Shown here: positions 56,047 through 64,000 of the stretch, piece by piece
Position numbering within the stretch: position 1 is the stretch's first letter
Layout of the letters: the number at the start of each line of letters is the position of its first letter
NCBI GenBank assembly: GCA_905211645.1
Contig: CAJMBK010000008.1
Location: 8,272-72,271 of the forward strand
DNA: 64,000 nt
Direction: 5' to 3'
Source of the DNA: an uncultured Bacillales bacterium
Lineage (GTDB): Bacteria > Bacillota_I > Bacilli_A > RFN20 > CAG-288
Program-made: the position numbers and the translations under genes
The notes under the pieces: generated by a model
Told to the model about the DNA's origin: nothing
The model's input: only the letters and a program-made list of their open reading frames with translations
Databases searched by the model: none

Positions 56047-57870
56047 ATGAGAAAAAAATCAGACCAAGATCTAATTATTACAGACGAAAGTATCAGTGAA
56101 AAAATTAAAACTCTCTCAACTTCTCCAGTTAAAATCTTTGCTTTAGGCGGACTTGGTGAAGTTGGTAAAAATATTTACTGCATTGAAGATGAAAAAGGAA
56201 TTTTAGTTATTGACTGCGGTGTCATGTTCCCAGATGATACATTGACAGGTGTTAACTACGTCATTCCTGATTTTTCTTATTTGCAACAGAATCAAGATAA
56301 AATCAGAGCTCTTGTCATCACTCACGGTCACGAAGACCACATCGGTAGTATTCCTTTCTTTTTACAATTAGTCAATTTACCTGTTATTTACGCACCAAAA
56401 CTTGCAGCAAGTTTAATCAGACACAAAGTTCAAGATTTCAAACTTACTGAAAGAGCAAAAATCATCGAATACGATGGTGATTCAGTCTTAAACGTTGGTG
56501 ATTTTGTAGTCAGTTTCTACCACGTTACCCACTCAATTCCAGATTGTTACGGTATCGTTATCGACACTCCTCACGGAAGAATTGTTGAATCAGGTGACTT
56601 CAAGATTGACTTAACACCTATCGATAGAGATTTCGATATTGCAAAACTTGCAATGATTGGTGAAAAAGGTGTTGACTTATACTTAGGTGAAAGTACAAAT
56701 GCTGAAAAAGAAGGCTACACACCTAGTGAAAAAAGTGTTATTAACTCAATTCTTGAATCATTTCAAATTGCAAAAGGTCGTTTGATCATTTCTACATTTG
56801 CTTCAAACATCTCACGTATCTGCCAGATTGTTCAAGCAACCTTAAAATTTGATAGAAAATTGGTAATTATTGGAAGATCTATGGAGACCAATATTAATAT
56901 CGCTAGAGAATACGGATATATCAAGATCCCAGATAGCTCTATCATCGACATTAATGAAATCAACAAATTCAGAAAGAATGAAATTGTCATTCTTTGCACC
57001 GGTAGCCAAGGTGAGAATCTTGCAGCATTATCAAGAATTGCAAAGAATGAGCACAAATATGTTCATATTATTCCTGGAGACACCATCGTTTTCTCCTCTT
57101 CACCAATTCCAGGCAATACTCAAAGTATCAATTCACTTATTAACTTGTTAGTTAGACAAGGTGGTAATGTCTTAGTTCATGATGGTATTTTTAACCTTCA
57201 CGCTTCAGGTCACGCTTCTAGACTTGAACTTAGATTAGCCTTGAAACTTATCAAGCCTAAATATTTCTGTCCAATTCACGGTGAATACAGAATGCTTAAA
57301 CTTCACGCTGAAATGGCAGTTGATGAAGGTGTTAAGAAAGAAAATACATTCGTTATTGGAAATGGTGATGTATTAACTTTATTCAATCACACAGTTTCTT
57401 TATCTGATGAACATGTCCAAGCAGATGCTTTGTATATCGATGGTACTGATGCAGTTGGTTTATCAACAAGTATCATCAAGGATAGAAATATTCTTGCAAA
57501 CGAAGGTATGGTTGCAATTTTTGTTCTTTTAGATGCAGTTAACAACAAGATTTTATTCAATCCTATCATTCAAGCACGTGGTTTTATGACAATCAATAAA
57601 ACCTACTTACAATATAAGTTGCAAGAGAATATCTACAATTCACTCAACAAATTACTTGCTTCACCTAAAGTTACATATCAACAAATTAAAGAAACAATCA
57701 AATCCGAAGCAAGCCGTTACTTCTATCGTGAAACAAGAAGAAATCCTATGATTATTCCAGTTATTTTATCCAAAGATAAAAATACTGAAATTGCTCCAGT
57801 TAAAAACACCAAATCAAATTCAGTCGCTAAAGAAGTTAATATCATGAAGGTTGATGAAGATGAAATCTAA
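56047..57870 (+). CDS. rnj: ribonuclease J (metallo-beta-lactamase / beta-CASP)
   Basis: HGHEDHIGSIPF motif, 607 aa with C-terminal domain. Confidence 0.85.
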   Translation: MRKKSDQDLIITDESISEKIKTLSTSPVKIFALGGLGEVGKNIYCIEDEKGILVIDCGVMFPDDTLTGVNYVIPDFSYLQQNQDKIRALVITHGHEDHIGSIPFFLQLVNLPVIYAPKLAASLIRHKVQDFKLTERAKIIEYDGDSVLNVGDFVVSFYHVTHSIPDCYGIVIDTPHGRIVESGDFKIDLTPIDRDFDIAKLAMIGEKGVDLYLGESTNAEKEGYTPSEKSVINSILESFQIAKGRLIISTFASNISRICQIVQATLKFDRKLVIIGRSMETNINIAREYGYIKIPDSSIIDINEINKFRKNEIVILCTGSQGENLAALSRIAKNEHKYVHIIPGDTIVFSSSPIPGNTQSINSLINLLVRQGGNVLVHDGIFNLHASGHASRLELRLALKLIKPKYFCPIHGEYRMLKLHAEMAVDEGVKKENTFVIGNGDVLTLFNHTVSLSDEHVQADALYIDGTDAVGLSTSIIKDRNILANEGMVAIFVLLDAVNNKILFNPIIQARGFMTINKTYLQYKLQENIYNSLNKLLASPKVTYQQIKETIKSEASRYFYRETRRNPMIIPVILSKDKNTEIAPVKNTKSNSVAKEVNIMKVDEDEI

Positions 57871-58441
57871 TTTAATCTTAGCAAGCAAATCTCCAAGAAG
57901 ACAAGAATTACTCCGCAAGATTTATAAAGATGAATTTGTAATTTGTAACAGTAAGTTCGATGAAAATAAACTTAAAGATACAATTACTGACCCAGTTAAG
58001 TTAACTGAACTTCTTGCAATCAACAAAGCTTTAGCAGTTTCAAACGAAAACAAAGATTACTTTGTTCTTGGTTCTGACACTGTTGTTGAAATTGATGGTG
58101 AAATCCTTGGTAAACCTCAAAATGCAGAAAGTACTAGAGTTATGTTGAGGAAGCTCTTTGACAAAACTCATCACGTTATGACAAGTTACGCCATCGTTAA
58201 AAATAATGAAGTTTTATTTTCAGAAACAGTTGTTTCAGATTTATTCATTCATAAAATGAGTGATGAAGAACTTGAAGCTTATATCAAAACTGGTTCTCCA
58301 TTTGATAAAGCAGGTGGCTATGGTGTCCAGGATGTTGACTTCATCAAAACTGATAAAGTTAATGAAGAAGATTTCCATAACATCATGGGCTTCCCAATTG
58401 AGCACATTAAAATCGCATTGAAAAAGCTCCAGATCATCTAA
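57851..58441 (+). CDS. maf: Maf-like nucleoside triphosphate pyrophosphatase
   Basis: LILASKSPRRQELL N-terminus, 196 aa; overlaps rnj end. Confidence 0.85.
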   Translation: MMKMKSNLILASKSPRRQELLRKIYKDEFVICNSKFDENKLKDTITDPVKLTELLAINKALAVSNENKDYFVLGSDTVVEIDGEILGKPQNAESTRVMLRKLFDKTHHVMTSYAIVKNNEVLFSETVVSDLFIHKMSDEELEAYIKTGSPFDKAGGYGVQDVDFIKTDKVNEEDFHNIMGFPIEHIKIALKKLQII

Positions 58442-58458
58442 GATTTGGAGCTTTTGAT

Positions 58459-58848
58459 TTACTTTTTAATTGCGTCTTTGATTCCTTCTGCGAAATCAGC
58501 AGCATCGGATCCGATTAAAATAACAATCTTGTTTGACATAAAGATGACATCTTTAACGTCATTTTCTTTGAAACCTTCTTTGTTAATTTTTGCAGAATCA
58601 TCAACTAAGATTGAAACTCTGCTACCAACTGAATTAACATCGATGATATTTTCCTTACCACCGCAAAGTTCGATGACTAAGGTGTATAAATTATTGATAA
58701 CTTCTTTACTTTCCGCTTCCACTTTTTTGAGTTTCGATTTCTTTGAAAAGAACAAAACGGAAACAACTAAGCAGATACTAACTAATACTAAACAGACTAA
58801 GCCAATAATTAAATAATCAACCCAATCTAAAGTAACACTTAAAAACAT
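58459..58848 (-). CDS. membrane-anchored PTS EIIB(Glc)-like domain protein lacking the phosphorylatable Cys
   Basis: N-terminal TM; ELCGGKENIIDVNSVGSRVSILVDD aligns to LGGKENI..hCATRLRf with Cys->Val; preferred over antisense ORF 58445-58816. Confidence 0.45.
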   Translation of the reverse strand: MFLSVTLDWVDYLIIGLVCLVLVSICLVVSVLFFSKKSKLKKVEAESKEVINNLYTLVIELCGGKENIIDVNSVGSRVSILVDDSAKINKEGFKENDVKDVIFMSNKIVILIGSDAADFAEGIKDAIKK

Positions 58849-58874
58849 TTTATAAACTCCCTAAACCTTGAAAA

Positions 58875-59702
58875 TTATAGCAATTTTTTCAAATTATAAT
58901 TGAAGTCATTATCATTATCTTTTGCAAACTTTAAGATTTCATAAGCGTAAGCAACTTTGACTTCAACTTCGGCAACTTTATCCTTATCTCTCATCTTAAC
59001 ACCATCAACATAAATATTAACATCGTTAAGTTTGCTTACATTGAGTTTAAGCTTTAAAGTAACGTAGGACAAATCAAAGATTGTGTCAGGTAAAATTGAA
59101 GGATGTCTAACTGAGCGTAATGGAGCAACTTGTTTGAGTGAAATTAATGGTTTGTCAGAAACGATGATACTTCCATTTAGTGAGTAGTTGAAACCACTGG
59201 AGCCAAATACTGTAGATAAGCAAATTCCAGAAGTTGCAACATTTTCAAATTTGGTACCATCAACTGTAATATCAAATTTTAAAACTTCACCAGTGTTAAC
59301 TAAAATATCGTTGATAAAGTAACCATCTTTATCATTATATTTAAAGATGTAATTCTTAAAAACTTTAGTATGGACATGACTTTTATCTTTAAAATAAGTT
59401 ACAAGTTTTCTTGAATCTTCAAGTTCAAGAGAAGAGTGGAAACCAAGGTTACCACTATTCAAACAGATGAATTTTCCTTTAAACCCATCATGCATACATT
59501 CAATGATTGTATGAATGAAAGTGCCATCTCCACCAAAGATTACAAAGTAATCTAAGTCCTTCATAAGATGGTGATCCTCCTTCAATAATTCTGCGACATT
59601 GTAAAGAGTTACTAGTGGATTTAATTCATCCAAAAGGTCGTTAATAAATGAAGAATTACAACTTCGATAGTTAATAAAATAACCAACTTTCAATTTGCTC
59701 AT
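58875..59702 (-). CDS. nadK: NAD kinase
   Basis: GGDGT and NSGNLGFHSS motifs, 275 aa. Confidence 0.85.
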   Translation of the reverse strand: MSKLKVGYFINYRSCNSSFINDLLDELNPLVTLYNVAELLKEDHHLMKDLDYFVIFGGDGTFIHTIIECMHDGFKGKFICLNSGNLGFHSSLELEDSRKLVTYFKDKSHVHTKVFKNYIFKYNDKDGYFINDILVNTGEVLKFDITVDGTKFENVATSGICLSTVFGSSGFNYSLNGSIIVSDKPLISLKQVAPLRSVRHPSILPDTIFDLSYVTLKLKLNVSKLNDVNIYVDGVKMRDKDKVAEVEVKVAYAYEILKFAKDNDNDFNYNLKKLL

Positions 59703-59770
59703 TTAGTTACCTCAAACACATAAAATTTATTGATTTATTATATAATTATAACCGAATAAGGAGCAGATTT

Positions 59771-60361
59771 ATGGGCTACAATAACATAGAAATCGAAGCT
59801 AAAGTTATCATTGATGAAAACACATATAAAAAATTAAAAGAGAATTTTAAATACGGTAAAAAAGTTACTCAAACTAACTACTACATCGACAACGATTCAA
59901 GAACGTTGAAGAATGAAAAAATTGCATTGAGAATCAGACATTTAAATAATGAATTCACCTTAACCTTGAAGACACCTATGTCTGAAGGCTTATTGGAAAA
60001 GAATCAAATCTTATCCGGTGAAGAAGCATTAGCAATGATCGGTGAAAATGTTTTCCCTGCAGGTGATATTTATGACTTCTTAGAGTTACTTGATGTCAAT
60101 GTTTCCACATTGAAGATCCAAGCAAAACTCCAAACCGAACGTATCGAAATCGACTATAAGACTGGTATGGTCGCACTCGATAAAAACACCTACGGTAAAG
60201 ATGGTTCCGTCACTGACTACGAATTAGAATCAAATGATTCCTCTATGGCTCAAGCAAAATGCTTAGCAGAAGAAATCTTAGAACCTTTAAATATCAAAGT
60301 TAAATTTAACGATAAGAGCAAACAAACTCGTGCTCTTGAAGCAATCGAAAATAATAAGTAA
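59771..60361 (+). CDS. CYTH-domain protein (YjbK-like triphosphatase/class IV cyclase fold)
   Basis: N-terminal IEIEAKV ExExK motif; Bacillus yjbK sits next to ppnK likewise. Confidence 0.6.
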   Translation: MGYNNIEIEAKVIIDENTYKKLKENFKYGKKVTQTNYYIDNDSRTLKNEKIALRIRHLNNEFTLTLKTPMSEGLLEKNQILSGEEALAMIGENVFPAGDIYDFLELLDVNVSTLKIQAKLQTERIEIDYKTGMVALDKNTYGKDGSVTDYELESNDSSMAQAKCLAEEILEPLNIKVKFNDKSKQTRALEAIENNK

Positions 60362-60367
60362 TCTCTC

Positions 60368-60406
60368 GGAGCAAGTATAGAAATTATCTCTATCTTGCTC
60401 CTTTTT
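60368..60406 (+). terminator. intrinsic terminator after CYTH gene
   Basis: ggagcaag/cttgctcc 8-bp stem + ttttt. Confidence 0.55.
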
Positions 60407-60472
60407 CAATTTACCAATTTTGACAACTTTCAAAGATAAATATTACTAAAATCACTTTTGTATAAAATTGTA

Positions 60473-60501
60473 TTGCTATTAAAGTTTTTGAGTGTTATAC
60501 T
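60473..60501 (+). promoter_or_regulatory. candidate promoter TTGCTA-17-TGtTATACT of mgtA leader
   Basis: TTGCTA 60473-78; TATACT 60496-501 with upstream TG. Confidence 0.4.
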
Positions 60502-60504
60502 TTT

Positions 60505-60700
60505 GGCGACCTTAAAGCAAGGCGAGGCTAATTACGAGACACGGATGCATGCCTGATAGAAAAGGAGACTTTCCTAGATGGCCAACAGCTATAATTGACG
60601 CCAAAGTTATAGATAATTGCATTCAAACGCTTGTAGAAGTTGAAGCTCACGCGTCAAAAGGTACCTTTAGGCTTCCTTTCGATGTTATGTTTTAAGGAAG
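60505..60700 (+). promoter_or_regulatory. M-box (ykoK-type) Mg2+ riboswitch candidate in mgtA leader
   Basis: Blocks AGGCGAGGCU, GAGACACGGAUGCAUGCC, AUGGCCAACAG, AUUGACGCCAAAGUUAU match M-box consensus; followed by hairpins next to the RBS. Confidence 0.55.
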
Positions 60701-60714
60701 TTTGGAGGTATCTT

Positions 60715-63465
60715 ATGAAAATTTTAAAGAATAAGAGAATCCTAATTGCTTCCTCATTAGCTACATCAAAGCAAAAAGATTTTTTGCTTGAAGTTTCTAA
60801 AATGGACAATAAGGATTTGCAAGAAAAATTCCAAGTCGATTTCGAAAAAGGAATTTTAACTGAAAATCTTGAGACTTTAGAAGAAACATATGGTAAAAAT
60901 ACCATCACTAAAGTTAAAAAAGAACCGATTATAATAAAACTACTTAAATCATTTGCTTCACCTTTTATTTTAATCTTACTTTTCATTGCAATAATTTCTG
61001 CAATCATCAACTATTTTGATAGTGGTGCTGATGAACATGCTACTTGGTTTATCACTCCTATCATCATTTTAGCCATGATTCTTTTGTCTGGTTTAATCTC
61101 TTTCAGCCAAAATTTGAAGTCTGAAAGATCAATGAATAACCTTAAAAACATGACTGAAAATAACTCTTTAGTTTTAAGAGACGGAGTTAAACAAGATATT
61201 TTAAATGAGCACTTAACAATAGGAGATATCGTCTATCTTTCTTCGGGTGACATGATTCCAGCAGATTTAAGAATCATTCAAAGCAAAGAATTATTCTTGG
61301 TTCAAGCAACATTAACCGGTGAGCAAGATGCAATTGAAAAGAAACCTACTACAGCTGAACTTAAAGACGAAAATGATCTTTTCAATCTTGAGAATATGGT
61401 TTTCCAAGGAACAACTGTCGTTTCCGGTAGTGGTGTTGGTGTTGTCTGTTCAATTGGAAATAATACAATCTTTGGCTCACTTTCTAAAAAAGTGTCTGAA
61501 AAGAAAGGCAAAACATCATTTGAGATTGGAATTAATTCTATCGCTAGATTACTTTTAATATTTGTCTCTGTTATGGTTCCATTAATTCTTATTTTCAGAG
61601 GCTTTGGTCTTCAAATTTCAGGAAACGGAGTATCAATTGGTAGCTATAATGATTTGACTCAATGGACTCAAGCATTCGTTTTTGCAATCTCAGTTGCAAT
61701 AGGAATGATGCCAACCCTTTTACCTATGCAAATTGCATCAAACTTAGCAAAGGGTGCAATTAACATGTCCAAGAAACAAGTTATTGTTAAAGATATCAAC
61801 TCCATTCAAAATTTTGGTGCTATGAATATCTTATGCACTGATAAAACTGGAACTTTAACTGAGAATAAATCTAAAGTTGCAAGTTACTTCTCAGCATGGA
61901 ATGAAGAAGATGAAAAGATTCTTCGTTTAACTTTCTTAAATTCCTACTATCAAACAGGTATTAAATCTTCAATTGACACTTCAGTTCTTGATTATGTTAA
62001 CTCCAATCAAACTAACTTCCAAAAAACAATTAGTGGTATGACAAAACTTGATGAAATTCCATTTGATTTTGAAAGAAAGAGACTTTCTGTTCTTTTAAAA
62101 GATGGTGATGGAAATATCTTCATGATTACAAAAGGTGCCTTGAATAACATGCTTTCAATCCTTAAATACATCAAGACTAAAAATGGTGTTAGACAAATTA
62201 TTCAAGACGATATTAGGACAATCCAACACAATATCGAAAAAGAAGCTGATAAAGGTAGGAGAGCAATTATTATTGCAACCAAGAATTTAGATAAAACTGA
62301 AATCGGTGTAGCTGATGAAAATGAATTAACCTACAACGGCTACATCTCTTTTGAAGATACACCAAAAGAAAGTGTAACTTCTGCATTAAAGAGTCTTAAA
62401 GAATACGGTGTTGAAGTTAAAGTTTTAACCGGTGATTTAAAAAATAATGCTGTCAATATCTGCCAACAAGTCGGTTTTGAAAATATCAAAGTTATCTCTG
62501 GAACTGAACTTAATAAGTTAAATCAAGAAGATTATCATAAAGCAGTCAAAGAGAATAATATCTTTGTCAAACTTACTCCAGAAGATAAATTCAATATCGT
62601 CAAAGCATTAAGAGAGAATAAGAATGTTGTTGGTTTCATGGGTGATGGCATTAATGATGGTCCAGCACTCCACGAAGCAGATATCGGAATTTCTTTTAAG
62701 GATGCTACTGATATCGCTAAAGAAACTGCAGATATCATCATGCTAAACAACAATTTAAATGTCTTAGCTGAAGGTATTCTTGAAGGTAGAAAATCATACT
62801 TAAATATGATCAAGTACATCAAGATTCAAACTTCATCAAATTTTGGTAACATGATCAGCCAAATCATCGGCTCCCTATTCATTCCATTTTTACCAATGAG
62901 AGCTCTTCAAATTATTCTATTAGGTTTAATTTCAGATTTCTCATCTTCATTTATACCATTTGATAAGGTCGATAAAAAAGATTTGATGCAACCTATCAAA
63001 TTTTCAACAAAATCTATCAGAAACTTCATGTTCACATTCGGACCAGTTTCTTCCATTGTTGATATATTAACTTTCATTACATTACTACTCTATATTTGCC
63101 CTATGCAGGCAGGAGGAGCACTAAATAGTTTGGATACAGAAGGTAAGCTTCTCTTTATTGCACTTTTCCAAACTGGTTTCTTCCTAGAATCACTAATTAC
63201 GCAAAACTTTGTCTTTTTAACCTTAAGAACTGATAGAATTCCATTTATTAAATCTCGTCCATCAGTTATTTTCTCACTCAGTGTAGTTGTTGCAATCTTA
63301 ATTGGCTTCTTTGTCTGCTATGTTCCTGTAGTTAGCCATATCTTCTCATTTGGTGATTTATCAATTATCTTCATCGGTATCTTAGCTGGAATGCTAGCTT
63401 TATACATCACACTAACTCAAGCGATAAAACCTCTATACAAGAAGTTCAATTTGAATTATCTATAA
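60715..63465 (+). CDS. mgtA: Mg2+-importing P-type ATPase
   Basis: DKTGTLT, TGDLKNNA, GDGINDGPAL motifs, ~915 aa, 10 TM; start set at MKILKNKR after tggaggt RBS. Confidence 0.85.
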   Translation: MKILKNKRILIASSLATSKQKDFLLEVSKMDNKDLQEKFQVDFEKGILTENLETLEETYGKNTITKVKKEPIIIKLLKSFASPFILILLFIAIISAIINYFDSGADEHATWFITPIIILAMILLSGLISFSQNLKSERSMNNLKNMTENNSLVLRDGVKQDILNEHLTIGDIVYLSSGDMIPADLRIIQSKELFLVQATLTGEQDAIEKKPTTAELKDENDLFNLENMVFQGTTVVSGSGVGVVCSIGNNTIFGSLSKKVSEKKGKTSFEIGINSIARLLLIFVSVMVPLILIFRGFGLQISGNGVSIGSYNDLTQWTQAFVFAISVAIGMMPTLLPMQIASNLAKGAINMSKKQVIVKDINSIQNFGAMNILCTDKTGTLTENKSKVASYFSAWNEEDEKILRLTFLNSYYQTGIKSSIDTSVLDYVNSNQTNFQKTISGMTKLDEIPFDFERKRLSVLLKDGDGNIFMITKGALNNMLSILKYIKTKNGVRQIIQDDIRTIQHNIEKEADKGRRAIIIATKNLDKTEIGVADENELTYNGYISFEDTPKESVTSALKSLKEYGVEVKVLTGDLKNNAVNICQQVGFENIKVISGTELNKLNQEDYHKAVKENNIFVKLTPEDKFNIVKALRENKNVVGFMGDGINDGPALHEADIGISFKDATDIAKETADIIMLNNNLNVLAEGILEGRKSYLNMIKYIKIQTSSNFGNMISQIIGSLFIPFLPMRALQIILLGLISDFSSSFIPFDKVDKKDLMQPIKFSTKSIRNFMFTFGPVSSIVDILTFITLLLYICPMQAGGALNSLDTEGKLLFIALFQTGFFLESLITQNFVFLTLRTDRIPFIKSRPSVIFSLSVVVAILIGFFVCYVPVVSHIFSFGDLSIIFIGILAGMLALYITLTQAIKPLYKKFNLNYL

Positions 63466-63535
63466 AGCCCGATTGTCATAAAAGAAATCGAGATTTTATA
63501 TAATAAAATAACCGCTAAAAGAGGTATTAATTATA

Positions 63536-64000
63536 TGGAATTACAAGTCAATGAAATATTTAAAAAAGTAGAGGAATACGACTCAATCATCATCTGCGGT
63601 CACGTCATCCCAGATGGTGATTGTTACGGTTCAATCATGGGTTTAACTCATGTTATCAGAGAAAAATATCCTGATAAAAAAGTTTACCCAGTTGTTTCCA
63701 AGATGAGAGCAATCCCTGAGAAATTGGAACAAGGAATACTTCCTGATACTTTAGATGATGAACTTTTTTCAAAGAGTTTAGTTTTTATTTTAGACTTAGC
63801 AAACACAGCTAGACTCGATGAGAAACGTGCAGTAAATGGTGCTTATATCATCAAGCTTGATCATCACGTTCTTGCCGAGCACTTTGGTGATATCGAATTT
63901 GTCGATACAACTAAATCTTCCTGCTGTGAAATCGTCGCAACATTATGTTTAACAAAGTTTGATCATATCAATGAGTTAGCAGCTACTGCTCTCATGATGG
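63536..64000 (+). CDS. nrnA: DHH-family phosphoesterase NrnA-like (oligoribonuclease / pAp phosphatase), C-terminally truncated by window end
   Basis: GHVIPDGDCYGS and IIKLDHHV DHH motifs. Confidence 0.75.

Noticed and set aside
58445-58816. 123-aa plus-strand ORF
   Set aside because: Antisense to the EIIB-like gene, which has a TM anchor and a recognisable domain; the plus-strand translation is low-complexity.
1-64000. Scan for CRISPR repeats, IS/transposase, integrase, phage, RM or TA modules
   Set aside because: No repeat-spacer periodicity, no transposase/integrase-like ORFs, no direct repeats flanking any segment; synteny with Bacillus core operons argues against an island.

Overview
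The window is a 64 kb low-GC (about 30% by eye) chromosomal segment read with the standard genetic code. Gene order matches Bacillus-type synteny in a reduced form: gmk-priA-rsmB-rlmN-prpC-prkC-rsgA-rpe, ylbF-rsmD-coaD, ppnK-CYTH, and def-rnj-maf. This points to a Bacillota (Bacilli/Erysipelotrichia/Mollicutes-like) core genome, not an obvious mobile island. No IS elements, integrases, phage genes, CRISPR arrays, restriction-modification or toxin-antitoxin pairs were recognised.

Roughly 65 protein genes are supported. They cover polyamine and SAM metabolism (speA-speB, metK), glycolysis and pentose-phosphate enzymes, nucleoside phosphorylases, ribosomal proteins, a copper and a magnesium P-type ATPase, c-di-AMP synthesis, and RNA-modification enzymes. 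Nine tRNAs are supported: a Val-Tyr-Gln-Lys-Leu cluster, a convergent Gly/Thr pair, and a single tRNA-Thr. An M-box (Mg2+) riboswitch candidate sits upstream of mgtA, and several intrinsic terminators and TGn-extended -10 promoters are visible.

The most unusual region is a tightly packed minus-strand operon from about 6782 to 14885: rnfC-rnfD-rnfG-rnfE-rnfA, followed by a 107-aa Cys-rich membrane peptide, an RnfB homologue that stops before the ferredoxin domains, and then NusG-domain-II, Gx-transporter and TSCPD genes.
- RnfD carries an extra transmembrane segment and two additional FMN-binding-like repeats. One of them has a canonical SGATST flavinylation-type motif.
- RnfG carries a second copy of the same repeat.
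- The RnfB homologue has no 2x[4Fe-4S] ferredoxin module.
- Together this suggests an Rnf-type complex rewired towards multi-flavin extracytoplasmic electron transfer. This is inference.

A second theme is a set of apparent pseudo-enzymes that keep recognisable folds but have degenerate catalytic motifs:
- PriA without Walker A or DExH.
- RsmB without either catalytic Cys.
- A GH32-like protein without the nucleophile or acid/base residues.
- A membrane-anchored PTS-EIIB-like domain without the phospho-Cys.

Other points worth a second look:
- His/Cys-rich C-terminal tails on ribosomal protein L28 and on a 193-aa protein.
- A paired set of extracytoplasmic thioredoxin-like proteins.
- A copA-copZ pair translationally coupled to an uncharacterised acidic-tailed membrane protein.
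- Two strong perfect palindromes in promoter or leader regions.

All calls are by-eye motif recognition; no database search was run.
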